Below are positions 39,696-50,552 of a stretch of 64,000 nt of DNA, one piece after another; position 1 is the stretch's first letter; every line of letters starts with the position of its first letter. The notes under the pieces were generated by a model, which worked only from the letters and a program-made list of their open reading frames with translations, did not search any database and had not been told where the DNA came from. Position numbers and translations under genes: made by a program. Where the stretch lies: positions 1,024,001 through 1,088,000 of the forward strand of contig CBDFLE010000006.1 in NCBI GenBank assembly GCA_965248925.1, written 5' to 3'. The stretch comes from Candidatus Multivoradales bacterium (GTDB lineage: Bacteria > Acidobacteriota > Thermoanaerobaculia > Multivoradales > J023).

Positions 39696-41681
39696 ATGTT
39701 CGAAAGACTGCGCGACTCACGATCCACAGCTCTCGAAGCGGCAGCCTTTTTCGCCCTGACACTGGCCTTGGCGGCTACCTTCTACGCCCGCCATCCAGTG
39801 CCCTATGACTCCGACACCTACTTTCACCTAGCCATCGCCCGCCTCTATGCCGCAGAAGGCTTCCTGGATCAGCTGCCCTGGCTGCGCTACAGCCTGCTGC
39901 GCGACGGCTTCGGCGACAAAGAGCTCGGTTTTCACGTTTTGCTGGCACCCTTCGCCAGTCTCTCCGATCCACTGGTCGGCAGCCGCTGGGCGTTGGCCCT
40001 GCTGAGCGCCGCCTTGGCCACCACCGTGGGTTGGCTGGCCCGCACCGCGATCGGCCCTTGGGGTTGGGCCGTGGCTTTATGGTTGCCCTGGGCCTCGACC
40101 GAGCTGAGCTGGCGACTGGTGCGCCTGCGGCCCGAACTTTTGGCCTTGCTGCTGATCTTGCTGGCCTTGCGCGCCGCGGCGCTCGAACGCTACCGCTGGG
40201 TCGGCGTCTGGGGCCTGGTCTTCGCCCTCTGCTACACCGCGGTGCACGCTTATGTCGGCTTGTTCGGGCTGATTTTCCTGTGGCTCGGCTGGGCGCGCCG
40301 AGACTGGCAGTGGCGGCTGGCCCTCTACCCATGTCTGGGGGCCGGACTGGGTCTGCTGCTGCACCCTAACTTCCCCAAGAATCTGGAAGTGTGGGCGGTG
40401 CAGAACGTCCAGTTTTTCTTTCACAAAGGACAACTCGATGTGGGCACTGAGATCCGCCCCAACACCACCGATGTGACCCTGTTGGTCAACCTCGGTTGGA
40501 TGCTCGGCCTGGCTCTGCTGTGGCGAGCCAGCCGACGGCACGGCGAAGTGCCGAAAGCGGCTCGGCGGCAAGCCGACTTGCTGGGAGTGGCGGGGGTGGT
40601 GTTCGCGGCTCTCTATCTGTTGATGGCAAGATTCTCGATCTATGCCGTACCGCTGCTGACTCTGTGGCTACTGTGGGAACTAGCCGCCCGCGGCCGACGG
40701 CCTAGCGCCAGGGTGCGATTACCAGGCCGCCGCTACCTGCCGGCTTGGCTCGCGGTGGGCCTGTGTTTGCTGGTCAGCTTGCCCGAGGCTCGACGCCAAC
40801 TGGCCAACTTCGATCAGCGCACCGACCCCGGCCCCGGCGGCTCTCGCCTGGCCGACCGCCAGGCTTTTGCCGATGCACTGCCTGCTGGCGCGCGGGTCAT
40901 CGCGCCGTGGGGGCAGACGGCTATCTACTCCCTCTGGGCGCCCCACGGGCTTTACACCAATGTGTTGGAGCCGGCCTTCATGGCGGTGCCTGAACCCGGC
41001 GCTTACCGCATCCAACGAGCGATTCTCGATGGCACCCTGACCGATATTCCTCTCGCTGCCGCTGAGCACTTGGACAGCGAGTACCTCGCTCTGGCGATAC
41101 CTCGTACCGCACCGCTGCTCACCGATCGCCTGGCGGCGGACCCGCGGATCGAGACCTTGCACCGCGGCAGCAACTGGCTGCTGCGCTTCAGCCCGCCGCC
41201 AGCAGCCAGCTTCGTGCGCGATTGGCGCTTGCTGCCAGCAGATCTAGCGCCACCCAACGGCAGCGGGCTCGACGCCTACACCCTGGCTCCATACCCTCGC
41301 CATCCCCAGCCCGAGCTGGCGCAGCTTGAAGCCTACATCGATGCCCAGCGAGTCGTACCCCCAGGCAGCTGCGCCGCCTTCGCCCGGCGACTCGAAGTCG
41401 ACCAAGCCGTGCGGATCGACTACGAAATAGCGCCATCCGGTCCCACGGTGATGTGGCTCGACGGAGTGCAATTGATCGAACTCCGGGTGGGAGTCGACGC
41501 TGTCCTCGGCCGCGGGCCGCATCTAGAATTGCGGCTTTCCCCCGGCAGCCATTGGCTGGAGGTGTTGACCTGCCCCGCTGCCGGCGACCCACAGAGCGGC
41601 TTCTATCTGCTCGCCCATGGCCGCACCTTGGCGCCGCCTACGGACCGCCCGGTCGAGGCCGGCGACCCGCGGCACCGATGA
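39696..41681 (+). CDS. Multi-pass membrane protein (GT-C-like) with a C-terminal soluble domain
   Basis: DSDTYFHL after the first TM, RLRPE, many TM segments, then a beta-rich C-terminus. Confidence 0.65.
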   Translation: MFERLRDSRSTALEAAAFFALTLALAATFYARHPVPYDSDTYFHLAIARLYAAEGFLDQLPWLRYSLLRDGFGDKELGFHVLLAPFASLSDPLVGSRWALALLSAALATTVGWLARTAIGPWGWAVALWLPWASTELSWRLVRLRPELLALLLILLALRAAALERYRWVGVWGLVFALCYTAVHAYVGLFGLIFLWLGWARRDWQWRLALYPCLGAGLGLLLHPNFPKNLEVWAVQNVQFFFHKGQLDVGTEIRPNTTDVTLLVNLGWMLGLALLWRASRRHGEVPKAARRQADLLGVAGVVFAALYLLMARFSIYAVPLLTLWLLWELAARGRRPSARVRLPGRRYLPAWLAVGLCLLVSLPEARRQLANFDQRTDPGPGGSRLADRQAFADALPAGARVIAPWGQTAIYSLWAPHGLYTNVLEPAFMAVPEPGAYRIQRAILDGTLTDIPLAAAEHLDSEYLALAIPRTAPLLTDRLAADPRIETLHRGSNWLLRFSPPPAASFVRDWRLLPADLAPPNGSGLDAYTLAPYPRHPQPELAQLEAYIDAQRVVPPGSCAAFARRLEVDQAVRIDYEIAPSGPTVMWLDGVQLIELRVGVDAVLGRGPHLELRLSPGSHWLEVLTCPAAGDPQSGFYLLAHGRTLAPPTDRPVEAGDPRHR

Positions 41682-41760
41682 TCAACCTGGCACTGCGATT
41701 GCGAGTGGTGTAGCCCCAGCCCCACTGCACTAACACCAGCACCCGATTCTGAAACTCTGC

Positions 41761-42354
41761 CAAGTACATCAGATGCACGAACAGCCAGGCCAACCAGGCA
41801 AACAACCCGACAGCCGCCAGCGGCCAATCACGGCCACCGCCAACTGGCGGCCAATGGTGGCCATATTGCCTTTGTCGCGATAGCGAAACGGCTTACAGGT
41901 CCGGCCGGCCAGGCGCCGCCGGATGAGCCGCGCAACATAGCGCCCTTGCTGCATGGCCACCGGCGCCAAACTCGATCTCGCTACCCACCACCAGATCACC
42001 ACCCAGCGCCGACGCCCGAACGCCCGCGGCCCACAGCACGACACCGCAGGAAAGCTCCTCGCTCTCGCCGCGGCTGCGCATGCCGATCACCCCCGCGCCG
42101 ATCTCCTCTACCTGACAACCTACCCTAACTTCGACCCCCAACCCCTGTAGCCCCTGAACCGCGTGCTGGGCCAGCGTCTCAGAGAACCCCAAAAGGATAC
42201 GGTCTGCTCCTTCGAGCAGGATCACTCGGGCGGCGGCGGGGTCGATCTGGCGAAATTGGTCGCGCAGCGTGTGACGGGAAACCTCTGCCAAGGCACCCGC
42301 CAACTCGACTCCGGTGGGACCTGCGCCGACCACTACAAAGGTCAGTACTTTCAT
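41761..42354 (-). pseudogene. Type II NADH dehydrogenase (Ndh-like) remnant
   Basis: FVVVGAGPTGVELAGALAE and WAAGV, then in another frame [13 protein letters not shown]…[14 protein letters not shown]. The N-terminal FAD domain and internal parts are missing. Confidence 0.85.
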
Positions 42355-42466
42355 CGTCCTCGGAATCTCCGCGAGTCCTCTACCAGGGCCAGACCTGTCG
42401 GTCGTAACAGACCGTCGAACCTCCTTGGACGTGCTATATTCAAAGGGTGAAGGGCACCTTTAGACC

Positions 42467-44158
42467 ATGACTCAGACAACCGCACCTTCCCAGGAAGCCG
42501 GCTTGTTGGAACTCGCTCAAGAGCTTCTTCAACTGGAAGATTTGGATCAGATGCTCGACGCGGTGATGCGCCATTCGCTGCGCCTGCTCGAGGCTGACCG
42601 CGGCTTCGTGGTGCTCAAGCGGAGCGAGGGATACGACTTCAAAGTGATCCGCAATTGGCGTCGCGAAGAACTCGAGGGCGGCGGGGAACCGGTCAGCCGC
42701 TCGATCGTCGCGCGGGTGCTCGCCGGCGGCAAGCCAGTGGTCATCGAAGATGCCCTCTCCGACGAGCGCTTCGCCAAAGAAGAAAGCGTGCTGCGCATGG
42801 GCATTCGCTCGGTACTGGCCGCGCCGCTCGAAGACGAAGGCCGCGCTCGCGGGGTGATTTACCTCGAATCGAGCACCCTGAGCCGCTTGTTTGGCTCTCG
42901 CCACCTCAGTTTGTTCCAGCGCATCCTGGAAATCTCGCAGCGGGCGCTGGAGCGTTCTATCCGGCAGCTCGCCTTGCAGCAGCGCCTCAGCCTGCTAGAG
43001 AAGGACTTTCTAGCGCGGCACGAATTCCCCGGCATCATCACCGCCGACGAGGGATTCATAGAACTGCTCAAGCAGGTGGCGCAAGTCGCCAAGTCTGATC
43101 TGCCGATCCTGGTCGAAGGTGATTCCGGCACCGGCAAGGAGCTAATCATCCGCGCCCTGCACCTGAACAGTCCACGCGCCCAAGGGGCTTACGTGCCGGT
43201 GAATTGCGCGGCAATCGCTCCTGAGCTGATCGAGTCGGCCCTTTTCGGCCACCTGAAGGGCTCTTTCACCAGCGCCGACCGCGCCAACCCGGGCCTGATC
43301 GCCTCGGCCGACGGCGGCACTGTATTTCTCGACGAAGTCGGTGAGCTACCGCAAGCGGCGCAGGCCAAGCTGCTACGAACCCTACAATTCGGTGAGATTC
43401 AGCCGGTGGGCGCGGTGCGTCCGCTCACCGTCGACGTGCGTTTCCTGGCGGCCACCAACCGAGATCTGGAAGCCGAGGTCGCGGCCGGTAACTTTCGCGA
43501 GGACCTGCTCTACCGGCTGAACGTGGTCACTCTCCAGCTACCACCGCTGCGCGATCGGCCGAACGATATTCTGCCGCTCTTTTACCACTTCTTGAAACGC
43601 ACTTCGCAGCGTGCCGGTAGAACTGCTCCCGAGGTGTCGCCGCGCCTCGAACGGGTGTTGCAGCAGCATGCTTGGCCCGGCAATGTGCGGGAACTGGAGA
43701 ACGAAGTCAGCAGGCTAGTGGCGGTGACTCCTGAAGGCGAGCCGTTGTTGGTCGATCGGCTGTCACCGCGGCTGCTCAAGGCTCTCTTCGGTGATCAGCC
43801 GATCCCCACCGAAACAGCGCCGGAACCAGCCCGGCAAAGCACCGACCCTGAGCTTGAGGACCGGGCACCGACCAGCCTCGCCGAGCACGAGAAAGAACTG
43901 ATCGAGCACACGTTGCGCGCCGAGGGTTACAACAAGACCCGCGCCGCCAAGCGCCTCGGTATCAGCCGTGAGGGCCTGCGCAAGAAGATGAAGCGGCTCG
44001 GCATGGAGCCCGAAGTCGAGACCATTTCAGCCGCTCTCAAGCAACACCGAGGCGATGCTCGCCTGGCTGCCGCGGAACTAGGAATGAGCTTGGATCGCCT
44101 GCTCTGGCTGATCGAACGCCTTGGCTTGGATCCTGCCGCGACACCTCCCAGCAGCTAG
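42467..44158 (+). CDS. Sigma54-dependent enhancer-binding protein (GAF-AAA+-two Fis-type HTH)
   Basis: GAF (SRSIV..VL…IRSVLAAPL), GDSGTGKE, VNCAA, GSFTSA loop, FLDEVGE, FREDLLYRLNV, WPGNVRELEN, and two HTH_8-like ends. Confidence 0.93.
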   Translation: MTQTTAPSQEAGLLELAQELLQLEDLDQMLDAVMRHSLRLLEADRGFVVLKRSEGYDFKVIRNWRREELEGGGEPVSRSIVARVLAGGKPVVIEDALSDERFAKEESVLRMGIRSVLAAPLEDEGRARGVIYLESSTLSRLFGSRHLSLFQRILEISQRALERSIRQLALQQRLSLLEKDFLARHEFPGIITADEGFIELLKQVAQVAKSDLPILVEGDSGTGKELIIRALHLNSPRAQGAYVPVNCAAIAPELIESALFGHLKGSFTSADRANPGLIASADGGTVFLDEVGELPQAAQAKLLRTLQFGEIQPVGAVRPLTVDVRFLAATNRDLEAEVAAGNFREDLLYRLNVVTLQLPPLRDRPNDILPLFYHFLKRTSQRAGRTAPEVSPRLERVLQQHAWPGNVRELENEVSRLVAVTPEGEPLLVDRLSPRLLKALFGDQPIPTETAPEPARQSTDPELEDRAPTSLAEHEKELIEHTLRAEGYNKTRAAKRLGISREGLRKKMKRLGMEPEVETISAALKQHRGDARLAAAELGMSLDRLLWLIERLGLDPAATPPSS

Positions 44159-44165
44159 CAAAGAC

Positions 44166-46814
44166 ATGTCCCAACCGATCGGCAACCTGGCCCACTACCG
44201 AATTCTGCAAGAAGTCGGTCAGGGCGGAATGGGCGTGGTCTACAAAGCCCACGACACTAGCCTGGACCGGCTGGTGGCGATCAAGGTGATGCCGGCGGCG
44301 GTGAGTTCTGACCCCGAACTACGCAGTCGCTTCTTGGCCGAAGCGCGGCACGCGGCGCGGATCAGCCATCCCAACATCGCCACGGTCCACCAAGTCGACG
44401 AGGCCGAACTCTCTCTCGACACCGAGCACCGGTCACGAACCGTGCTCTACATCGCAATGGAGTTCATCGACGGGGCCGACTTGGAAGAGAAAATGTTGAG
44501 CGGCGCCATGACCCTCGACGAAACTCTGGACATCGCCATCCAGATCAGCGCCGGTCTCGAGGCCGCGCACGCGCAGAAGGTGGTTCACCGCGACCTCAAG
44601 CCGCACAACATCTTGCTGGCCGAGGACGGCCGGGTGAAGATCGTCGACTTCGGTCTCGCCAAAAGCTTCCGTGATGACGGCGGTATCAGCCCCGGTGAGC
44701 CGACCCAGATCCGCCCCCAGCTCACCCGCACCGGTATGATGGTCGGCACGCCGGGCTACATGGCGCCAGAGCAGGCCGAGGGTACCGAGGTCGACTCGCG
44801 CACCGACCTTTTCTCCCTCGGCATCCTGCTCTACCGGATGACCAGCGGCAAGTTGCCGTTCTCGAACACCAACTATGTGAAGTTCTTGCGCGCCTTGCTC
44901 TCTGAGGAGCCCGAACCGCTAGCCAACTCCAACCCGGCGATCCCCGGCGAGCTGCAGCTGATCGTCGAGCGGCTGTTGCAAAAAGACCCCGAACAGAGAT
45001 TCCAATCGGCACATGAAGTCCGTCTGGCACTGCGCCGCCTGGCCGGCGGCTCCACCGATGAGCTAACCGTCGGCTTGCCCACGCCACCCATCACCAGTTC
45101 GGCAACCAGGGTCCGCTCGCCCGGCGGCAGGAAATGGCAGGCGTTCGGCCTGACGGCATTGGCGCTTCTGTTGGTGGTTGCTGCTGGGCTGTGGCGGTGG
45201 AGCATCTCAGCAAACCGCTCTAGCGCAGCCCCTTTGACTATTGCCGTCCGCTTTTTGGGAAATGTTAATGATGCTGAGATTGTTTCCCACTGCCGTCAGC
45301 TAAGCGAGCAGCTGCGGCGACGACTCGGTCAAACCCCAGGAATCGTTACGACCACCTCGGAAGTTGTTAGCAAGAATGCGGTGGATCAAGAAAATCTCGA
45401 GTACGTGACACTCGAATTCTCTTGTAGCAGCAAAACAGCGCCCACAGAAATCGGTCTTCGGATGGTCGACCCCAGCAGTCAATTGACATTATGGGACCGC
45501 TCGTTCTTGTTCAAAGGAATCCCTGAAGATTGGCAGCTGTTCAGCTCAGAACTCGCTTTCCAAGCAGCTCGCGCGGCAAAGACCCTCGCTATGGCACGCA
45601 CGATCGACAGTGCAGGAAGTTCGCCGCAACGGCTGGCTGACTTCCTCAGTAGTTTCGACGAAGCAGTGCGACAACTTGAAAACCACAATCAGCCGAGCAC
45701 CCTGCCGCGAGCTATCGCTCAGTTCGAGGAGCTGGCGAGTTACGGACAAGGTTTTGGGCCTGCAATCACCGGACTACACGAGGCCCTCTATCGGCGTCAT
45801 CGGGGAACGCCCCAACCGGCGGTCGATGCGAGACTCTCGGAAATTGCAAATCGGGCAATACGAGTGGCTCCCGAGCTGCCCGGAAGCAAGATAGCGCAGG
45901 CCAGAGTCGCTTTCATCAATGGCGCCAAGAAGGAAGCGTACTCGGTTCTCGAGAATCTGATCGAGAGCGACTCGGATGCCGCTTCTGCCAGCTACGAACT
46001 CGGGATATTTCTCAAGAAAGACGGCCACTACGAGCGCGCGAAACTTAGCTACAGCAGAGCGATCAGGCTACGTCCAGGTTTCTGGCGCTACCGCTATCAG
46101 CTCGGCGCCGTGCTACTCGCTGAACACGATCTCGCGGCAGCCAGACATATCCTCCGGCAAGCTGCTCGCCTAGCACCGCCGGAGGTCAATAGACCAGCGA
46201 TTTCTCTAGCCGTCAACGAGATCGTCGTTGGCAATTTCGCCGAAGCACTCTCGGCCATCAACCTGCTACCGCCACCCATCGTGTCGGTCTATCACGCGAA
46301 CACCAAGGCAACCGCCCTGTTCTATCTCCGGCAATTCGCAGATGCCGAGCCGCTTTTTCGTTTGGCTGCAGACATTGAGCCCGAAGACCCTAGCCACCGC
46401 GCGGCACTAGGCGACAGTCTTCTCATGTTGGGCAGAACCGAGGAAGCGCATCAGGCATACGAGGTAGCTCTCAAAAATGTAGAGCACCGGCTGGCTATCA
46501 ACGAGAACGACCTCCGCTCTCTCGTCTGGAAACCAGCCTACCTGGCCAAGCTGGGCAGATGCAACGAAGCACTGTCTCTCCAACGGGACCTACCAACATC
46601 GCGACCTGCAGATGCTCATCTGCTGAACACCATGGCAAAGACATACGCTCTTTGCCAACAGATCGCTCCCGCTACTAGACTACTGCGGCAAGTCTTAGAG
46701 AAGGGCATCTCGATAGAATTGCTGCGCAACGAAATTGAATTCCGCGAGTACTTCGACGACCCTCTTTTCGAGAAATCCCTCGGTCGCGTTACTGATCGAA
46801 GAACCCAGCCTTAG
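44166..46814 (+). CDS. Membrane Ser/Thr protein kinase with extracytoplasmic TPR repeats
   Basis: GQGGMGVVY, VAIK, HRDLKPHN, DFGLA, GTPGYMAPEQ; TM at ~340-360; TPRs. Confidence 0.93.
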   Translation: MSQPIGNLAHYRILQEVGQGGMGVVYKAHDTSLDRLVAIKVMPAAVSSDPELRSRFLAEARHAARISHPNIATVHQVDEAELSLDTEHRSRTVLYIAMEFIDGADLEEKMLSGAMTLDETLDIAIQISAGLEAAHAQKVVHRDLKPHNILLAEDGRVKIVDFGLAKSFRDDGGISPGEPTQIRPQLTRTGMMVGTPGYMAPEQAEGTEVDSRTDLFSLGILLYRMTSGKLPFSNTNYVKFLRALLSEEPEPLANSNPAIPGELQLIVERLLQKDPEQRFQSAHEVRLALRRLAGGSTDELTVGLPTPPITSSATRVRSPGGRKWQAFGLTALALLLVVAAGLWRWSISANRSSAAPLTIAVRFLGNVNDAEIVSHCRQLSEQLRRRLGQTPGIVTTTSEVVSKNAVDQENLEYVTLEFSCSSKTAPTEIGLRMVDPSSQLTLWDRSFLFKGIPEDWQLFSSELAFQAARAAKTLAMARTIDSAGSSPQRLADFLSSFDEAVRQLENHNQPSTLPRAIAQFEELASYGQGFGPAITGLHEALYRRHRGTPQPAVDARLSEIANRAIRVAPELPGSKIAQARVAFINGAKKEAYSVLENLIESDSDAASASYELGIFLKKDGHYERAKLSYSRAIRLRPGFWRYRYQLGAVLLAEHDLAAARHILRQAARLAPPEVNRPAISLAVNEIVVGNFAEALSAINLLPPPIVSVYHANTKATALFYLRQFADAEPLFRLAADIEPEDPSHRAALGDSLLMLGRTEEAHQAYEVALKNVEHRLAINENDLRSLVWKPAYLAKLGRCNEALSLQRDLPTSRPADAHLLNTMAKTYALCQQIAPATRLLRQVLEKGISIELLRNEIEFREYFDDPLFEKSLGRVTDRRTQP

Positions 46815-47620
46815 CCATCTTCTTCGATCCAGATTTCCGGATCCTTGCGGATAATCACCTTACCATCCCTGATCACCTCGACATCGTAGAACCACTCCAA
46901 CCGCCGCGGTAGACTTCCGGGCTCGCCAGCAAAGTCAGGCTCCTGAGGTAGGCCACCGTAAACACTGTTGAAGGGTGCTTTGATGACAAACTTCTCACCA
47001 TCAACTCCCTTGAACAACATCTCTTTCTTAGAGATCGACGGGCGCCGGGCGTAGCGCGAAGAGCTGTAGCTGGCGCCGTTGGAGAAGCGCTCTTTCATCG
47101 CCGCCCTTTTCTCTTTGGTTTTGTCGGCCGGAGTCGGCCGAATCACTACCGCGTCGAGCAGCTCCTGCGGACACGCTCTGGTCACGCAATCGACGTTGGG
47201 ATCACTCTCGCAGCTAGCATTCGGACTGCCGTCTTGAGCGCTGTAGCACCTCACCACCCACTGCACCTGACGGGCCAGGCCGGGCCGGTAGGAGGGGTTA
47301 TCTGGCGGAGTATTGAGGAAACGGATTTCGTACTCCGGGTTGTAGAATAGCTTGGCATGCACCGGCGTCACATAGATGCACTCGGTATTGCACTCCTCAC
47401 CCTCTCTACACCCCCCCTTCGCACAACGAGGCGCGATGCGAATCTCCACCACGCGAGTCTCGGTATAAGAAGGAACTCCAGCCGCGATCGGCTCACAGTC
47501 GGAACAATCCTCGCGGCCACCTCCCGCCATCCGTGGAGTATCGGCTTTCACATAATGAGTGCAACCACTTGAGACGATTACACACCCGGCGATCAACAAC
47601 AAGAACGGTATCTTTCGCAC
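46811..47620 (-). CDS. Cys-rich hypothetical lipoprotein
   Basis: GGAGG RBS, GTG start, signal peptide with VSSGC lipobox, about ten further Cys. Confidence 0.75.
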   Translation of the reverse strand: MRKIPFLLLIAGCVIVSSGCTHYVKADTPRMAGGGREDCSDCEPIAAGVPSYTETRVVEIRIAPRCAKGGCREGEECNTECIYVTPVHAKLFYNPEYEIRFLNTPPDNPSYRPGLARQVQWVVRCYSAQDGSPNASCESDPNVDCVTRACPQELLDAVVIRPTPADKTKEKRAAMKERFSNGASYSSSRYARRPSISKKEMLFKGVDGEKFVIKAPFNSVYGGLPQEPDFAGEPGSLPRRLEWFYDVEVIRDGKVIIRKDPEIWIEEDG

Positions 47621-47808
47621 CTCTAGGTACCTCCATCGGGCGATCTTGGCTCAGCCATCTCGCCGCGTTCCACTCCAGCTCCACTACCCGACCCCAGCTC
47701 TCTGTGGTCGGGCCACCGAGCCGATCCCCATCGACTATCGGTGACACGTAGTCAAAGCAGGAATACTTTCGCTCCAAATCCTACTTGCAGACTGGTTCTA
47801 CACGTATG

Positions 47809-47825
47809 TGCAAGACGAGTGCCAA
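47809..47825 (-). promoter_or_regulatory. Sigma54 (-24/-12) promoter
   Basis: The minus strand reads TTGGCACTCGTCTTGCA (GG-N10-GC) and points at the lipoprotein gene. Confidence 0.8.
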
Positions 47826-47870
47826 TGGTAACACCCGCTGGAGGGAGGTAGAGGGCATTAAATCGCCTAC

Positions 47871-47894
47871 ACGGTTGGCAGCCCCGCCAACCGT
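47871..47894. promoter_or_regulatory. Palindrome, candidate upstream activator sequence
   Basis: ACGGTTGGC-N6-GCCAACCGT perfect inverted repeat ~50-70 bp upstream of the -24 box; no U-tract on either side. Confidence 0.5.
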
Positions 47895-47981
47895 CGGCGC
47901 CACGCGGCAACTTTCTGGGCGACCGTAGGGTCAGTCCCCTCCCTGCGCCGCTGAATTCTGTGCCAGTGAATCGGCGAATTC

Positions 47982-48917
47982 TCAGCTACTGACCGCCTTG
48001 GCAAGCTCGTCCGTGGCCTGGTCGATCACCCCATCTATCGCCCGATCCCAGGCCTTGGCGTCGGCCGCTGCCGCCGCGGCCGGAAAAAGGATGCCCCGCG
48101 ACGAGTTCACCACACCGCCTTCTAGCTTCCCCCCGGGGCCGGCAACGAATCCACCCACCGCCGCCGCCGCGCTGCCCCCTTGAGCACCGTAGCCCGGCAC
48201 CAGGAAGAGGCTGTTGGGCAAGCGCTGACGGAGGTCTTGGTGCTCTTGCGGGTAGGTGGCGCCAACCACTACCCCGAGGGACGACCAGCCGGTCTCGGGG
48301 CCACGTAGCGCGGCAACCTCAGCCGCCAACGCGGTCGCTAGGTGCTGGTGCAGCAGCTCGCCGCTGTCGAGCCGCAGTCCTTGCAAATCAGCCGAACCCG
48401 GATTGGAGGTCTTCACCAACACGAAAACCCCACCCCTCGAACGCCTCGCCGCGTCGAGGAACGGTCGCAGGGTATCCCGACCAAGGTATGGATTGAGGGT
48501 CATCGCATCGACGGCGCAAGGCGCGCCAGGCGCCAAATAGGCAGCGGCGTAGGCAGCAGCGGTCGAACCGATATCGCCACGCTTGGCATCGAGCAACACC
48601 AGCAAACCCAGCTGACGGGCTTTCCTAACTACCCGCTCCAGCACTCGCAAACCGCGCCAACCCAACTGCTCGAAGAAGGCAATTTGTGGTTTGACCACCG
48701 CCACCCTGCCGGCAATACGGTCGAGAATAGCGATAAGGAAGCCCTCCACCGCCAGCGCGGTTCGCGGATCGGCGGGGAGCATCTCGCCACGGCGAAAAAG
48801 CAGCGGAATTCGCTCCAGATGCGGGTCGAGGCCCACACACAGAGGTTGACCAAGGCGCCGCACCGCCAAGATCAAGCGATCGGAAAAACACCCGAGGGAC
48901 TCGTTCTCGGCCCTCAC
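47982..48917 (-). CDS. pyrF: Orotidine-5'-phosphate decarboxylase
   Basis: LCVGLDP, KPQIAFFE, LDAKRGDIGSTA, KTSNPGS, VVGAT, LVPGYGAQGG, VNSSRGI; start placed at the GTGA overlap with rfbF. Confidence 0.95.
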   Translation of the reverse strand: MRAENESLGCFSDRLILAVRRLGQPLCVGLDPHLERIPLLFRRGEMLPADPRTALAVEGFLIAILDRIAGRVAVVKPQIAFFEQLGWRGLRVLERVVRKARQLGLLVLLDAKRGDIGSTAAAYAAAYLAPGAPCAVDAMTLNPYLGRDTLRPFLDAARRSRGGVFVLVKTSNPGSADLQGLRLDSGELLHQHLATALAAEVAALRGPETGWSSLGVVVGATYPQEHQDLRQRLPNSLFLVPGYGAQGGSAAAAVGGFVAGPGGKLEGGVVNSSRGILFPAAAAAADAKAWDRAIDGVIDQATDELAKAVSS

Positions 48918-49684
48918 CACAGCTTCCAAGGCGCCTTGCCTGCTTGCCACAGCCCTTGCAGCAGCTCTTTCTCCCTCAGGGTATCCATCGACTGCCAGAA
49001 ACCATGATGAAAATAGGCCGAAACCTCGCCAGCGGCCACCAACTGCTGCATCGGCGCGTGCTCCCAATGGGTCGGGTCACCCTCGATGTAGTCGATTACT
49101 TTAGGCGAAAGGACGAAGAAGCCGCCGTTGATCCAGCCCCCTTCGCGCTCCTGCGGCTTCTCTTGAAAGCCGGTCAGGCGGTCGCCGTCGAAGCTCAGCA
49201 CGCCATACTTGGAGGGCGGCTGGATGGTGGTGATGGTGGCCAAGCGACCCTGCTGACGATGAAAGCGCACCAGACTGTCGATATCTACATCGGCCACGCC
49301 GTCGCCATAGGTGAAGCAGAAATCTTCGTCGCCGAGGTAGTCGCGGACCCGCCGCAAACGGCCGCCGGTGCCGACCTCGTCGCCAGTGTCGACCAGGGTC
49401 ACCCGCCAGGGCTCGGCCGCCGCTTGATGCACCTGCATATCGTTGGTCGACATGTCGAAACTGACATCGGAATTGTGCAAGAAGTAGTTGGCGAAATACT
49501 CCTTAATCATGTAGCCCTTGTAACCACAGCAGATGACAAACTCACGCATGCCGAAGCTCGAGTAGATCTTCATGATGTGCCACAGAATCGGCTTGCTGCC
49601 GATCTTGACCATCGGCTTGGGGCGCAACGAGGTTTCTTCAGCCAACCGCGTACCGCGGCCGCCAGCGAGAATCACCACTTTCAT
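48914..49684 (-). CDS. rfbF: Glucose-1-phosphate cytidylyltransferase
   Basis: VILAGGRGTRLAEET..RPKPMV.IG, GYKGYMIKEYF, TGGRL, TYGDG, WINGGFFV, GFWQSMDTLRE. Confidence 0.95.
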   Translation of the reverse strand: MKVVILAGGRGTRLAEETSLRPKPMVKIGSKPILWHIMKIYSSFGMREFVICCGYKGYMIKEYFANYFLHNSDVSFDMSTNDMQVHQAAAEPWRVTLVDTGDEVGTGGRLRRVRDYLGDEDFCFTYGDGVADVDIDSLVRFHRQQGRLATITTIQPPSKYGVLSFDGDRLTGFQEKPQEREGGWINGGFFVLSPKVIDYIEGDPTHWEHAPMQQLVAAGEVSAYFHHGFWQSMDTLREKELLQGLWQAGKAPWKLW

Positions 49685-49866
49685 GACTTCACTCCGATTC
49701 GCTCTGCTGAGCTGCGCAATTTCAAGTCTCCCTCAAGCCGGTACCGGGCTGGGCCGATTCCAGGTCCGGGCCGACGCCCGGCGGCCTAGACTAACCCAAG
49801 CTCCCCATCTGAGCACCCGGCAGCTGGTGGCGCAGCCTGATAGCCTGCCGCCGACCGAGGAATCCC

Positions 49867-50406
49867 ATGTTCGAGAATCTACGCGCCGACAGCAAACGCC
49901 TGCGAGCGATCAAACGTAAGTCCTTTCCGTGGTACGTGCTGGAGTCTCTGCTGTTCGAGAACGGCTATCAGGCGGTGGTGCTCTACCGCATTGCCCATGG
50001 CTTCAAGAGTCGCGGCATTCCGCTGTTGGGGCCGTTGTTCGCGCGCCTGTCGCTGTTTCTCACCGGCGTCGACATCGCCCCTGGGGCAGCGATCGGACCG
50101 GGACTGATGATCAGTCACGGGGTTGGCCTGGTGATCGGTGATCGAGTGCGGATCGGCAGCAACGCGCTGCTGCTGCACCAGGTTACTCTGGGCGCGTCGA
50201 GTAGCCGGCGACTCGACGCGATGCCGACGGTGGGTGACGATGTTTTCATCGGTGCCGGTGCTCGGCTGATCGGCGGAATCACCGTCGGCGATGGGGTGTT
50301 CGTCGGTGTCAACACCATAGTGACCGGCGATGTGCCATCACACTCGAAGGTGATCTCGACGGCTGAGACCCGCATCGAGCAAAGGTCGCCGGCGGCGGCG
50401 CCTTAG
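49867..50406 (+). CDS. Serine O-acetyltransferase-like hexapeptide-repeat acyltransferase
   Basis: TGVDIAPGAAIGPGLMISHGVGLVIG…HQVTLG…PTVGDDVFIGAGA. Confidence 0.85.
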   Translation: MFENLRADSKRLRAIKRKSFPWYVLESLLFENGYQAVVLYRIAHGFKSRGIPLLGPLFARLSLFLTGVDIAPGAAIGPGLMISHGVGLVIGDRVRIGSNALLLHQVTLGASSSRRLDAMPTVGDDVFIGAGARLIGGITVGDGVFVGVNTIVTGDVPSHSKVISTAETRIEQRSPAAAP

Positions 50407-50552
50407 ACCTTCACCAGCTCAGCCGAGCGGTGCTTTTGACTGGCGCCGAGGGCAGCCATAGAATCCTTTCGCTTCCTGAACCGTATACTAGGGTCTATCC
50501 CAGCTCAACCAGAGCCTTTTCTGCTAACCCAATCGTCATCGAGGTCCAAAAG

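Noticed and set aside
48917-49067. N-terminal extension of the pyrF ORF
   Set aside because: It overlaps the rfbF coding region; homology starts after the GTGA overlap.
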